The notes below the pieces were generated by a model. That model was not told the origin of the DNA and made no database searches. It saw only the letters and a program-made list of their open reading frames with translations. Shown piece after piece: positions 22,347 through 31,564 of a stretch of 64,000 bases of DNA. How positions within the stretch are numbered: the stretch's first letter is position 1; each line of letters begins with the position of its first letter. Made by a program: the position numbers and the translations under genes. The stretch comes from an uncultured cyanobacterium (lineage in GTDB: Bacteria > Cyanobacteriota > Cyanobacteriia > CAKZMO01), in assembly GCA_963719515.1 (NCBI GenBank), contig CAVRCJ010000003.1, forward strand, positions 416,001 through 480,000, given 5' to 3'.

Positions 22347-23765
22347 TCAGGCGGATTCCTGCAGTCTTCGCCGGATGCGATTGTGCTCTTCTATGCCTTC
22401 ATAAGCGAACCGGTTGTAGCGATTGCGCTGGATGAGGGCTTGAAGGTAGTTCAAGCGTGTCTCAGGTGCAGGATGGGTTGAGAGATATTCTGGTGGCCCT
22501 CCAGAGGATTGCTCGTTGAGGGTGACGAAGAAGCCGTGGAGCCCATCGGCTGCATATCCATAACCTGCTAGGGCGCGGGTGGCCAAAATATCGCACTGAC
22601 GCTCTTGGTTGCGGTTGAAGTTCAGCGTCATCAAGTTTGTGAGTCTGGTGAGAGAGGTAACTTCGCCGATGGTGGCGAGTAGGTTGCTCCGAGCCATTTT
22701 TTGGTAGCCGTGGGATAGTACTGCGTGAGCAACTTCGTGTCCCATAAGTCCTGCTAGCTCGGCCTCAGAGTTGGCTGCTAAGATAGCACCCGTATTGACG
22801 AACACTTTGCCGCCTGGAAGCGCAAATGCATTCAGCGTGGGGTCTTGGAGGACGTAAAACTCATATTCAAAGTCGTTTCGACCCATGAGGTCGGCCATGT
22901 CGTGACCGATGCGGCTGACATAGTCTACGATTACGGGGTCTTCGAGGAGGATCCGTTCTTCAATTTCGGTAGCAGCTAGCCGTGAACCCGTACTTGACTC
23001 ACCGGAAGTCAGCATTCTAATGAGAGGAACGGTCTCTAAGGTGTTGGAAACGACGTCGCCATCACCTAGTAGGATTCGCCCAAGAATACCTAAACCGCCA
23101 CTAATACCCATTTGGCGGCGGGTTTTCTTCCGAAAGCTTTTAAATTCGTCTTCTGCAATTTCCTCAAAGTCTTCGGTTTCTGGGTGCTCTGGGTTGACGA
23201 TGGTGAAGAGACGAGCGGCGATGGAGGCTTCTAAGGCTTTGTCTTCGTTTTGCAGAGCAGTTACCCGCGCTCTGGCAATATCGGCATTGTTTGGGAATAG
23301 CGTTGCGGCTCGCTCTAGGATGTCTAAAATTTCGTCGTCGCGCTCGTAGTCTTCTAGCGCCTGGGCCATCATGGGGTAGGCAGGGGTGAATTCTGGATAG
23401 TCTTGGAGCAGAAGCTCAAGAGGGACGAAGAGCTTGCTTTCGAGACCTTCTTCATAGCCTGCTTGGGCCTCTGCCCAGAGGGTCTGTCCGCCGGGGGGGA
23501 GTTGAGCCGCGTCGGTGATGGGTTCGGGGAAGAAGGTGGCTAGGTCTTGGTCTTCGGGGACGGATTTGCACTGTCGGTATAGTTCTTCGGCGGCAGTGCG
23601 ATCGTCTTCTAGGTAAAGTTGATCGGCTTGAGCGATAGTCGTGGTGCAGGAATTTGATGAATGTTGAGCGACAGCTCTTCTGGTTAGCAAAAGCTGGCCT
23701 GATAGAGTGACAGCTATCAGAACTGATATACAGGAAAGAGGAATAAATCTTTTATAGAGTTTCAT
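22347..23765 (-). CDS. M48 family metallopeptidase with N-terminal TPR-like region
   Basis: signal peptide; NAFALPGG, GHEVAH (HExxH) and LSTHP motifs. Confidence 0.9.
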   Translation of the reverse strand: MKLYKRFIPLSCISVLIAVTLSGQLLLTRRAVAQHSSNSCTTTIAQADQLYLEDDRTAAEELYRQCKSVPEDQDLATFFPEPITDAAQLPPGGQTLWAEAQAGYEEGLESKLFVPLELLLQDYPEFTPAYPMMAQALEDYERDDEILDILERAATLFPNNADIARARVTALQNEDKALEASIAARLFTIVNPEHPETEDFEEIAEDEFKSFRKKTRRQMGISGGLGILGRILLGDGDVVSNTLETVPLIRMLTSGESSTGSRLAATEIEERILLEDPVIVDYVSRIGHDMADLMGRNDFEYEFYVLQDPTLNAFALPGGKVFVNTGAILAANSEAELAGLMGHEVAHAVLSHGYQKMARSNLLATIGEVTSLTRLTNLMTLNFNRNQERQCDILATRALAGYGYAADGLHGFFVTLNEQSSGGPPEYLSTHPAPETRLNYLQALIQRNRYNRFAYEGIEEHNRIRRRLQESA

Positions 23766-25464
23766 TTTTTCGATGAATGTTTTGGCATGGACTGGACAAC
23801 CCGATCACTAAAAAATATGCACAAATTGAATTCATGTGCGGGAAATTTTTCTCAACTCTCACTAATCTATTGCCTTAGCTACATCTTCGGATATCTTCCC
23901 TCGGCTGGTCAGATCTTTAACTACGTCATCTAATATATTCTCTCTTAACTCTTCCGCTCTGAAAGGAATTCCTCCGGTTAACCAGTTATCAGAAGAGCCC
24001 CACCTGAGAGAAAGAGAGAGAGGAAGATCTTTCAGACCTGGTACTAGAACCGCTTCTAAAAGCTGAGAATGTTCGCTTCTGAGCTGTCTAATTGCGAGAT
24101 TAAGTTCTTGTATAAGTTCGTTTTCACTGAGGCAACGATTATCAATAATCGGTAAAATCATTTGTTCAATCCCTTGCTTGAAGGCTGGTTTTAGATGTCG
24201 ATTGACGTGATGCTCTCCCGATCTTGCAAAGCCGCAGTCGTATGCACGTTGACTATTATTGTAGGGATCGATTACGATAGCCCCTCCTGTTTGACTAGTT
24301 ATATCTAGAAGCTCAGATTCGGAAGCATTGCAGAACCTGGCAAAAGCAAATCCCAATTGGGAGTCAAAAAATGAATCAATGAATGAGTTAAATCTTAATT
24401 CAACGGGAGGAGGGGCATTCCAAAAAGAGGGGTTTGATGCTATATCCTTAGCTGCTATTAAAAGCGTGTTTCGCGTAAAATCACCAGCCCATCTTCCATT
24501 TTCCGCTCTATTTTGATATGAACCATCTGCAAGATTCCACATTTGTTGTGCAAACGCAGATGCTGCTGAATTTCTTAAATTGGCATTTTTATAATTGCTC
24601 AATACGTCGAGTATATAACTCCAGTCCGTTTGATTTTCATCGCCATTATTTTGCTCTTCATTTGAGGCTACCTCAGTACCACAAGAACAAGAGATTTCGT
24701 ACCACCACTCAGTACTTTCATCCGGATTACCAATGACCCTAATCCCAACATAGCCCTGTGTTACATCCGAAAGTGCAAAGGAATGAGTTCCTGAACCACC
24801 GGTTGGTCCAAAAGCATCTTCAATTTCGCCGTTATACGAAATTTCAAGTCGATCAGGAACCTCAAAAAACTCATACTTCAAAGTAAAATCACCCGTTGAA
24901 CCAGACGGTACCCGAAACAAGTCAGTAATAATTTGGTTCCCGCTGATCCCCTCTGCCCGTGTATCTCGTCTGAAACCGCATTGCACAGGTTCTTTGCAAG
25001 TAACCTTTTGTAGAGCAACACTGCTAGAAGTTGCTTCCTTAAGCGTATGTGCAAGAGCTGCAGATGCCTCGCGAACTAACGTCATGGCTAGAGCATCTTG
25101 CCAAGAAATATCAGGCGAATACCGAGGATCGATCGATTTTGACCATGCTTCTACTTCAGTCGCTTCTCGAACAATTTCTCTTGCCGTATTACCTTCACAA
25201 CCAGAATTGGCCTGAGCAATCAATTCTTCAGCCTTCTGCTGGCTTTTGCGAGCCAGCATCGCATCATCAACTCTACTGCTTTGGTTTTTGGTAATTGTCG
25301 CTGCTGTTCCACCATCAGGATGTTTGATGACAACCTGAGATTCTGAAAATTCAGCTTTAGTTCCATCTACCAAGCTAATTTCTGAAAGTACATTGCCATT
25401 AAAATCTGCCTTGAAGCTTTGCAGCCTCCGCTGCACTTCAGCTGGAGTAGTTTGAGCACCAACT

Positions 25465-27021
25465 GTACCTATTCAGGTGCAGGGATTGACAAAGGGAGAC
25501 GTTGCGGTAGCGTTAGTTGATGAGCCCACCACCTGCCTCGGATATTCCAGACCTCAGCGAATTAGAGCAAGCACCGCGCTCTGTGCTGGTAGGGATTATC
25601 GTGCGGCAGCAAGAGCTGATAGAGCAGCTAGCTCGAGAGGTAGAGCGGCTCAAAGGAATCATTGATAGCGATAGCCAGAGTTCGTCGAAACCGCCGTCAA
25701 GCGACTTGGTGCGACGCAGTGAGAAACCAAAGCCAGCAGAAGAGGGGAAAGAGGATTTGCCCAAAGCCGGCAAGCGGAAAGCAGGGGGACAGCCAGGGCA
25801 CCAGGGGAAAACACGCAAGGGATTTGGACGAGTAGATCGATACGAGGTGGTGCATCTAGAGCATTGCCCGAGATGCGGAAGTGGACATATCGAAAGCGTG
25901 GGACAAAGCTATCGGTGCTACCAGGTGGCGCAGCTGGTGGCCAAGCCGATAGAAGTGGTGGAATACCAGCAGTGGCGGGGATATTGCGGGGGATGTGGTA
26001 GCCATGTCGCTGCGCCCTTACCCGAGGATGTGGTGGCAGGAGAGGATTTGGGCGTGAGCTTGCAGGCGATGCTGGTGTGGCTGAGTCACTATGGCCACTT
26101 ATCCTACGGCAAGCAGCAGGAATGGCTCAAAGAGCTAGGTGATATCGAGGTAGGTGTGGGGACGCTTGTGGCAACGACGCGGCGGGCTAGCCAAGCAGTA
26201 GCGGCAGCGGTGGATGACTTGCAAGCTTGGGCAAAGCAGCAACCACAGCTGCATGTGGATGAAACAGCTTGGCTGGTGAAGGGGGTCAAAGAGTGGTTAT
26301 GGACCATCAGCGGTGAAGGATTTGCGCTCCTCCATGCCGGGGATACCCGCTCGCGCAGTGAGCTGGAGATGCTGCTGGGAAAGAGCTTTGCAGGGGTGCT
26401 CATCTCCGATGACTACAGCGTATACAACGGCTACCCGGTAGCCGCTCAGCAGAAGTGCCTAGCGCACCTATTGCGGCACTTCAAGCAAGTAGCTAAGCTA
26501 AAGCCCCCGCACCAGAAGGCATTGGCCGAAGCATTCATTGCCTTGATAAAAGAGGCCTTTGACCGCCATCGCCACTACCGCCTCGCAGGCGACAGGGCAT
26601 CCTATAACCTATGGGCTGAGCAATTCAAAGTTACATTAGCCGAGGCAATAGCCGAGTGGAAGCCCAAAGCGGGCCATGCGGCTGGGCTTCTGCTCACCTC
26701 ATTGGTGAGCAAGGCGCACCAGTGGTGGTACTTCCTAGACCACCCTCAGGTGCCGCCAGACAACAATTGTGCTGAGCGCTCGCTGCGGCTCGGAGTGACC
26801 AAACGCAAGGTGTCAGGCGGCTCTCGCTCGATGTCAGGCTTTGAGCACACCGCACGACTATTATCGGTGATTCAGACCTGTCGGGCTCAGGGACGCTCTG
26901 CCATAGCCTTCGTCGGGCAGGCATTGGCCAAAGCGGCAGGAGCCATCGACTTGGAGGTGTCACTCATCCCTCTCCAGCATCTACAGCCCTGTGCCGTCAA
27001 CCTCTAGACCTGAATACGTAC
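25465..27021 (+). mobile_element. IS66-family element (single-ORF type)
   Basis: IRs GTACCTATTCAGGT and GTACGTATTCAGGT; 8-bp TSD CACCAACT at 25457-64 and 27022-29. Confidence 0.93.
25517..27007 (+). CDS. IS66 family transposase
   Basis: SSKPPSSD, GGQPGHQG, CxxC zinc motifs, LHVDET, QKCLAHLLR and DNNCAERSLR. Confidence 0.95.
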   Translation: MMSPPPASDIPDLSELEQAPRSVLVGIIVRQQELIEQLAREVERLKGIIDSDSQSSSKPPSSDLVRRSEKPKPAEEGKEDLPKAGKRKAGGQPGHQGKTRKGFGRVDRYEVVHLEHCPRCGSGHIESVGQSYRCYQVAQLVAKPIEVVEYQQWRGYCGGCGSHVAAPLPEDVVAGEDLGVSLQAMLVWLSHYGHLSYGKQQEWLKELGDIEVGVGTLVATTRRASQAVAAAVDDLQAWAKQQPQLHVDETAWLVKGVKEWLWTISGEGFALLHAGDTRSRSELEMLLGKSFAGVLISDDYSVYNGYPVAAQQKCLAHLLRHFKQVAKLKPPHQKALAEAFIALIKEAFDRHRHYRLAGDRASYNLWAEQFKVTLAEAIAEWKPKAGHAAGLLLTSLVSKAHQWWYFLDHPQVPPDNNCAERSLRLGVTKRKVSGGSRSMSGFEHTARLLSVIQTCRAQGRSAIAFVGQALAKAAGAIDLEVSLIPLQHLQPCAVNL

Positions 27022-27542
27022 CACCAACTTCCTCAACTAACCGCTCCGCGTTGTTCACGGGTACATTGGTCAACTCTAATTCATATAGCTGGAATTCTTC
27101 TCCAGGAAGGTTAATCCAGAAACGCTGTGTTGTATCCGTTGAAGGAGATGTCACTACAATTTCATTGCGTCCTGAATCATAGGGCGTTTGTAGAGAAACC
27201 TCAAAGTCATCTGCAAGATAGTTTGGTAATTCCGCTGACGGTGGTCTAACAATTGGTGGTACTGCAATATGTTCGGCGTCAGTTGGTACAACCTCCGCAG
27301 ACTCAAGTCTTAGTCTCGAAGTCTTAGCACTAGCTGCATCGCTTCCCGAGAGGCTAAAGCAAATTGACGAATTGCCAAGCAGAAGTCCGCATAGGAGTAA
27401 CGCTAATCCCCTTTTAAGGAACGAACTCCATAATACTAAGACAAGCGTTAATAATGTCAGCAATATAAAGCGTAGCCGCAGCATAGTACCTATATACCTA
27501 AAAAGTTATTTCTCTTAAAATTCTTGGTGCGAACTTATACAA

Positions 27543-28463
27543 CTATCTGCAGCTCGTTGGAGGAGAATATGATCCTACGTTGTAGCGATAGAAGCTACTT
27601 AAATCGAGAGACGCTCTATTGAAAATAATATAGTCGCCATCAATAGAAGGCTCTCCCACATTGAGATAACCTTCCGTATCGAAAACAGTTACGCCCTCTA
27701 CTAAATCAAGCGTTGGGTTCTCAACACCATATGGCAGATCAATCACTCGCCCATTGACTGTATTACGATCAAGAGACCCAGTCAGACAGGTTCCATATTC
27801 ACCAAAAGTACCAGTATCCCAAAAGTTTCCAACGACCTGATTGCCGGCCTTATTGAAGAGATAGCACCAGATTGAATTCCGAGTCAGATATTCTTCACTG
27901 ACTACGCTCGAAGGCGGTTGGCGATCGCAATACCGATAATTACCGTCCGGTAGCGCTGCAATAGTCCCCTCAGCAGAACTAGACGAGCTAGCACTCGGCG
28001 GCGCGGTCTCAGATGTAGCTGTAGTCGCTGAATCTAGTGACGTGATCGTCAGTAGGTAATCTCCGCGTCCCTCACTACTGTAAGAATTGGCGATCGCTCG
28101 ATAGGTCCCATCTTCAGGCAGAGCCAAAGATAGTTCAGCGTTCGTATTGCTACCATCCACATCATCGCTCTGAGCAATTGAATCGCCGTCAGGGCCAAGC
28201 AAGATTAGATACGCATCAAACTGAGAGCTTTGTAGACGGATTGTCACTTGCTGCCCCACTTGACCCTGAAACGAATACGCGTCGTACAAGCTACCGCCAG
28301 AGTCTATGACCGAATCGCCAGGGCTGAGCGCCCCTCGCTGCTCAAGAACGGTATTAGCAGCGGCATTTCCCTGCCAAACCGCTAGCGTGGCTGACATCAC
28401 GGCTCCAAGCCATAGCAAATTCAGTGTGTTTGTTTTCACATCTAACTCCCTTCGGTAGGGCAA
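27543..28463 (-). CDS. secreted protein with PPC (pre-peptidase C-terminal) domain
   Basis: signal peptide; YDAYSFQGQVGQQVTIRLQSSQFDAYLILLGPDG...LPEDGTYRAIANSY. Confidence 0.85.
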   Translation of the reverse strand: MPYRRELDVKTNTLNLLWLGAVMSATLAVWQGNAAANTVLEQRGALSPGDSVIDSGGSLYDAYSFQGQVGQQVTIRLQSSQFDAYLILLGPDGDSIAQSDDVDGSNTNAELSLALPEDGTYRAIANSYSSEGRGDYLLTITSLDSATTATSETAPPSASSSSSAEGTIAALPDGNYRYCDRQPPSSVVSEEYLTRNSIWCYLFNKAGNQVVGNFWDTGTFGEYGTCLTGSLDRNTVNGRVIDLPYGVENPTLDLVEGVTVFDTEGYLNVGEPSIDGDYIIFNRASLDLSSFYRYNVGSYSPPTSCR

Positions 28464-29081
28464 TCACCAGCTGAGCAAATCGAAATCACTTTTCTGCAAC
28501 CCGGCATCATTATGATAGAAAGATGCCAAAGAGTACAGCGAAACAAGTATCCTTCTATACGGTTCAATGAAAATTTTCTTTTCTAAAGACAAAGATTTGT
28601 AAATCTCTGCTTTTGACCGTAGGCATAGGCTAGAACGCCACTGACAAGGGTTAGACGATTTTGCCTGTGCCATGCTTTCCACTGTTGATAGTGTAAAATG
28701 CGACCGCTGTTCTCTGTAAACAGCCATATCCACAGTTTCTACAACCACCGAGTTGCCAACATGAAACAGAGCGGCCTGTAGCGAGGGTAAAGTAGTCTTC
28801 TCAGGGGATGGAACCTATGCCCCTTTTCGCTATGAGTCGGGTGAATTTTATTACGTGGGCTCCCCTGATGGCAGTATGTTTACTGTAGAGAATGGGATCA
28901 TTCTAATTGAAGACTTTCGAGGCGGACTTACCTTATTCGAAATTACATCTGCTTCGCCAGATCAGTTCAACTTTGTTAGAGAAAATCTAGGGCAATGAAA
29001 TGTTATGGTCAATTGCTCTACATAGGAGAGGTCTAAACGTCGGCAAGTCCAACAGCTTCAAATCTATCCGTCTCCCCGCCC

Positions 29082-29131
29082 GCTTCGCGATTGGCGTAGA
29101 AGACGAAGCACCACAACCCCAAGAATGCAAA
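29082..29131 (+). repeat. 50-bp direct repeat, copy 1 (gene 3'-end remnant)
   Basis: 40/50 identical to 29919-29968. Confidence 0.7.
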
Positions 29132-29185
29132 CCTAAACAGTAAGGCAAACATCCATGGACGCCGTTGAATTAACTTGACAAAGAA

Positions 29186-29497
29186 ATGCTAAAAGTAGCC
29201 CTCGACCATCTGAAACAATATCTTAAAGACGAATACAGCGATCGCCTCAATCGAGTTATTTTATTCGGCTCTCACGCTAGGCAAGAGGCTACAGCTGACT
29301 CTGATATCGACATTCTAATTGTTCTAAATGATCCAGTCGATGCTAGCGTGGAAATCCGCCGCACAAGCCAATTTATCGGTCAGCTTTGTTTAGATCACGA
29401 CCTATTAATTTCTCGACTCTTCCTACCCAAATCTCGCTACGAAACAGAAAACTCTCCTCTTCTACGAAACATTCGCAATGAAGGAGTTCTGCTGTGA
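29186..29497 (+). CDS. minimal nucleotidyltransferase (MNT) antitoxin
   Basis: LFGSHARQEATADSDIDILIVL. Confidence 0.92.
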   Translation: MLKVALDHLKQYLKDEYSDRLNRVILFGSHARQEATADSDIDILIVLNDPVDASVEIRRTSQFIGQLCLDHDLLISRLFLPKSRYETENSPLLRNIRNEGVLL

Positions 29498-29865
29498 CCC
29501 CAGAACAGCAATTTCTCATGCAGAAGGCACAACGCAGCCTAGACGCAGCAACGCAGCTCCTACAACAAGAGTTCTACGACTTCGCCGTCTCTCGCGCCTA
29601 CTACGCAATGTTTTACGTGGCTGAAGCCTTGCTAGATAAAGAGGGGCTGTCTTTCTCCAGTCATGCTGCCGTAATCAGCGCTTTCGGCAGGTGTCTCGCT
29701 AAACCTGGCAAAGTTCCTACAGAATTTCATCGGCAGCTCATAGATGCGCAAGCTCAACGCACTCGCGCTGACTACGACCTTCAACCTGACTTATCACAAC
29801 AAGACGCGACGAGCCTAATCAACCAAGCTCAGCAGCTCATAGACTTCGGTTATCGAGAACTTTGA
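29494..29865 (+). CDS. HEPN domain protein
   Basis: AVSRAYYAMFY, SSHAAVISAFG and RTRADYD; GTGA overlap with the MNT gene. Confidence 0.92.
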   Translation: MTPEQQFLMQKAQRSLDAATQLLQQEFYDFAVSRAYYAMFYVAEALLDKEGLSFSSHAAVISAFGRCLAKPGKVPTEFHRQLIDAQAQRTRADYDLQPDLSQQDATSLINQAQQLIDFGYREL

Positions 29866-29918
29866 GAATCAGTATCAATCTGTGCCCTCATGCTTTTGGG
29901 CATCTAGAAACTGACGCA

Positions 29919-29968
29919 GCTCCGCGATCGCCGTCGAAGATGTGGGACCACAGCCCCAAGAGTGCAAA
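29919..29968 (+). repeat. 50-bp direct repeat, copy 2
   Basis: 40/50 identical to 29082-29131. Confidence 0.7.
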
Positions 29969-30053
29969 GCCAGCTAGCTCGGAGCGATAAGTGCTATACC
30001 CTCGCTAGCGCGATCGCCCCCTCCAATCCGTGAGTAAGCATCGTACCCTGGGC

Positions 30054-30075
30054 AGTATGTACAGGTGTGCATACT
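30054..30075. promoter_or_regulatory. palindromic operator candidate of the brnTA locus
   Basis: AGTATGTACA-GG-TGTGCATACT, 10 nt upstream of the brnT ATG. Confidence 0.55.
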
Positions 30076-30084
30076 ATGCTTAAG

Positions 30085-30170
30085 ATGGCCTACCAATAGA
30101 ATCTAGACAGGGCAGCCAGCAATCTCCGCAAGCGCGGCATCGATTTTGCCGACAGTACGAAGAGGAATAA
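30085..30170 (+). pseudogene. BrnT toxin remnant (nonsense change plus internal deletion)
   Basis: MAYQ*NLDRAASNLRKRGIDFAD fused to C-terminal QYEEE* just before brnA. Confidence 0.75.
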
Positions 30171-30172
30171 CC

Positions 30173-30418
30173 ATGGAAGCCGAATACGACTTTAGCCAAG
30201 GCAAACGCGGGGCAATTGATCCAACCCCAACCGGCAAAACTCGCATCACCATTCGTCTCGATGAAGATATCCTGGCCTGGTTTCGTGAACAGGTCCATCG
30301 AGCGGGCGGCGGAAACTATCAAACCCTAATCAACGACGCTCTGCGCCAGCACATTCAACAGAGCCGCGAACCGCTAGAAGCTACCCTACGCCGCGTCATT
30401 CGAGAGGAGCTGAAGTAA
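30173..30418 (+). CDS. BrnA antitoxin family protein
   Basis: MEAEYDFSQGKRG...KTRITIRLDEDILAWFR...NYQTLINDALR. Confidence 0.9.
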   Translation: MEAEYDFSQGKRGAIDPTPTGKTRITIRLDEDILAWFREQVHRAGGGNYQTLINDALRQHIQQSREPLEATLRRVIREELK

Positions 30419-30539
30419 GCTCTGCGATCGCACTTTCAGCTCTTATTTTGGCAAACTAACCCTCTGGCTACGCTTCTAGCTCATCCGTAGCTCAAGCGTG
30501 GGACAACGACAGCAAACTCGCTAGCAAAGCCTCGTCCGC

Positions 30540-30589
30540 AGCCCACTTTAGTAGGCTTTCTCCGGTAGCCCGCCGTTTACGCGCGGGCG
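30540..30589. repeat. REP-like double hairpin
   Basis: AGCCCAC-ttta-GTAGGCT followed by GCCCGC-cgtttacgc-GCGGGC. Confidence 0.5.
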
Positions 30590-30620
30590 TCGACAAGCCA
30601 CACTGAGAATTCCTAAGGCG

Positions 30621-30851
30621 ATCGCGCCTTCCAAACCCGCAACTGCTTCATCCAAATCAACAACCCCTCAAACGAAACCAGCAAACACTTACTGGCAAAG
30701 CGCGATCGCCTCAGGCAAACGCGCTACCGCTCAAGCAAATCCCCTTACCACCTACGGGTATCAAGCAAACCTTCAAAGGGAACCTACCGTCGCTCAAGCG
30801 AAACCCCTCAACGCTGAAGCGCCAGCAAAAAACGCTTGCTAAACGGGATCA
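30621..30851 (+). repeat. degenerate tandem array of ~11 x 21-nt units
   Basis: ungapped 21-nt register, e.g. accgctcaagcaaatcccctt / gtcgctcaagcgaaacccctc / acccctcaaacgaaaccagca. Confidence 0.65.
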
Positions 30852-30896
30852 TGGCACAGGCGGCCCAATGAGCAGCAAAAAAAGTTTGTACTACTC

Positions 30897-30925
30897 TTGC
30901 AGCACAGCCCCCAATGCGATAGAGT
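30897..30925 (+). promoter_or_regulatory. sigma70-type promoter of leader module copy 1
   Basis: TTGCAG-N17-TAGAGT with an upstream A-tract; same position as in copy 2. Confidence 0.65.
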
Positions 30926-30931
30926 CACTTC

Positions 30932-31147
30932 TTGAGAGCTGGATCCCACAGCTCATTGCTCCCAAGTACTTTGGTCAGCGGGGGCGATCGCCATCGACAG
31001 TGACGATCGCTCCCTAACCCCCTCGACAGACAATCCCTGTCTCGGCGGCTACGGGCATTATCCCGTGCCATCCCGAAACACATCACGTCTAGGGATGGCC
31101 AAATCTTGGGTTTCTTACCCAATTCACAAAAAAGGAACCCCAAGATG
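30932..31147 (+). ncRNA. structured 5' leader RNA, copy 1
   Basis: six hairpins in the same order as 41528-41753(-), with compensatory changes. Confidence 0.7.
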
Positions 31148-31477
31148 ACAACTCAAAACCGCCCGTTGTCCCTTCTCTCCGAGGGGGCGGCACAGGCCCA
31201 AATGCCCGAAAATCAAGGGCCCAAGCGACCCGCCCCCGAGAGTATACTCAGGCTCACCCGCCCTGACCCCGAAACCGACGACGAATATCTGCACCACATC
31301 ATCATCGGCTCCCCCAAAGCCGTCGAAGACACCATCAAGCTGCTGCACGTGCTGCAGTACGTCGAAAACCGGCGATGGACGCCGCTCATCCCCATTCGGG
31401 AACAGGGGCTGAGGATTACCCCCAATGAAGGGCAGGTGCTGAGCTATTTGGTGCGGCAGCAGCCGAAGCGCTCCTAG
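31145..31477 (+). CDS. small cyanobacterial hypothetical protein ('HHIIIGSP' family), copy 1
   Basis: 110 aa; paralogous to 41219-41530 (HHIIIGSPKAVEDTIKLLHVLQYVENRRWT...GQVLSYLVR). Confidence 0.85.
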   Translation: MTTQNRPLSLLSEGAAQAQMPENQGPKRPAPESILRLTRPDPETDDEYLHHIIIGSPKAVEDTIKLLHVLQYVENRRWTPLIPIREQGLRITPNEGQVLSYLVRQQPKRS

Positions 31478-31488
31478 CTCACCGCAAC

Positions 31489-31515
31489 GGTCAGGTGGGT
31501 ATTACTCACCTGACC
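31489..31515 (+). terminator. hairpin after the small ORF (terminator or REP-like)
   Basis: GGTCAGGTGGGT-att-ACTCACCTGACC. Confidence 0.5.
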
Positions 31516-31564
31516 CTGCGTCAAAAACATCACCCTACCCATAGGTTTTAATGGTGGTGTTGAT

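Larger units (their letters stand above)
23862..27484 (-). pseudogene. ~685-aa secreted protein interrupted by IS66
   Basis: removing the IS and one TSD joins ...LVEEVG to AQTTPAEVQRRL... in frame; hydrophobic N-terminus. Confidence 0.85.

Noticed and set aside
30621..30851. CRISPR array
   Set aside because: No constant repeat alternating with unique spacers; the units are contiguous and degenerate, and there are no cas genes in the window.
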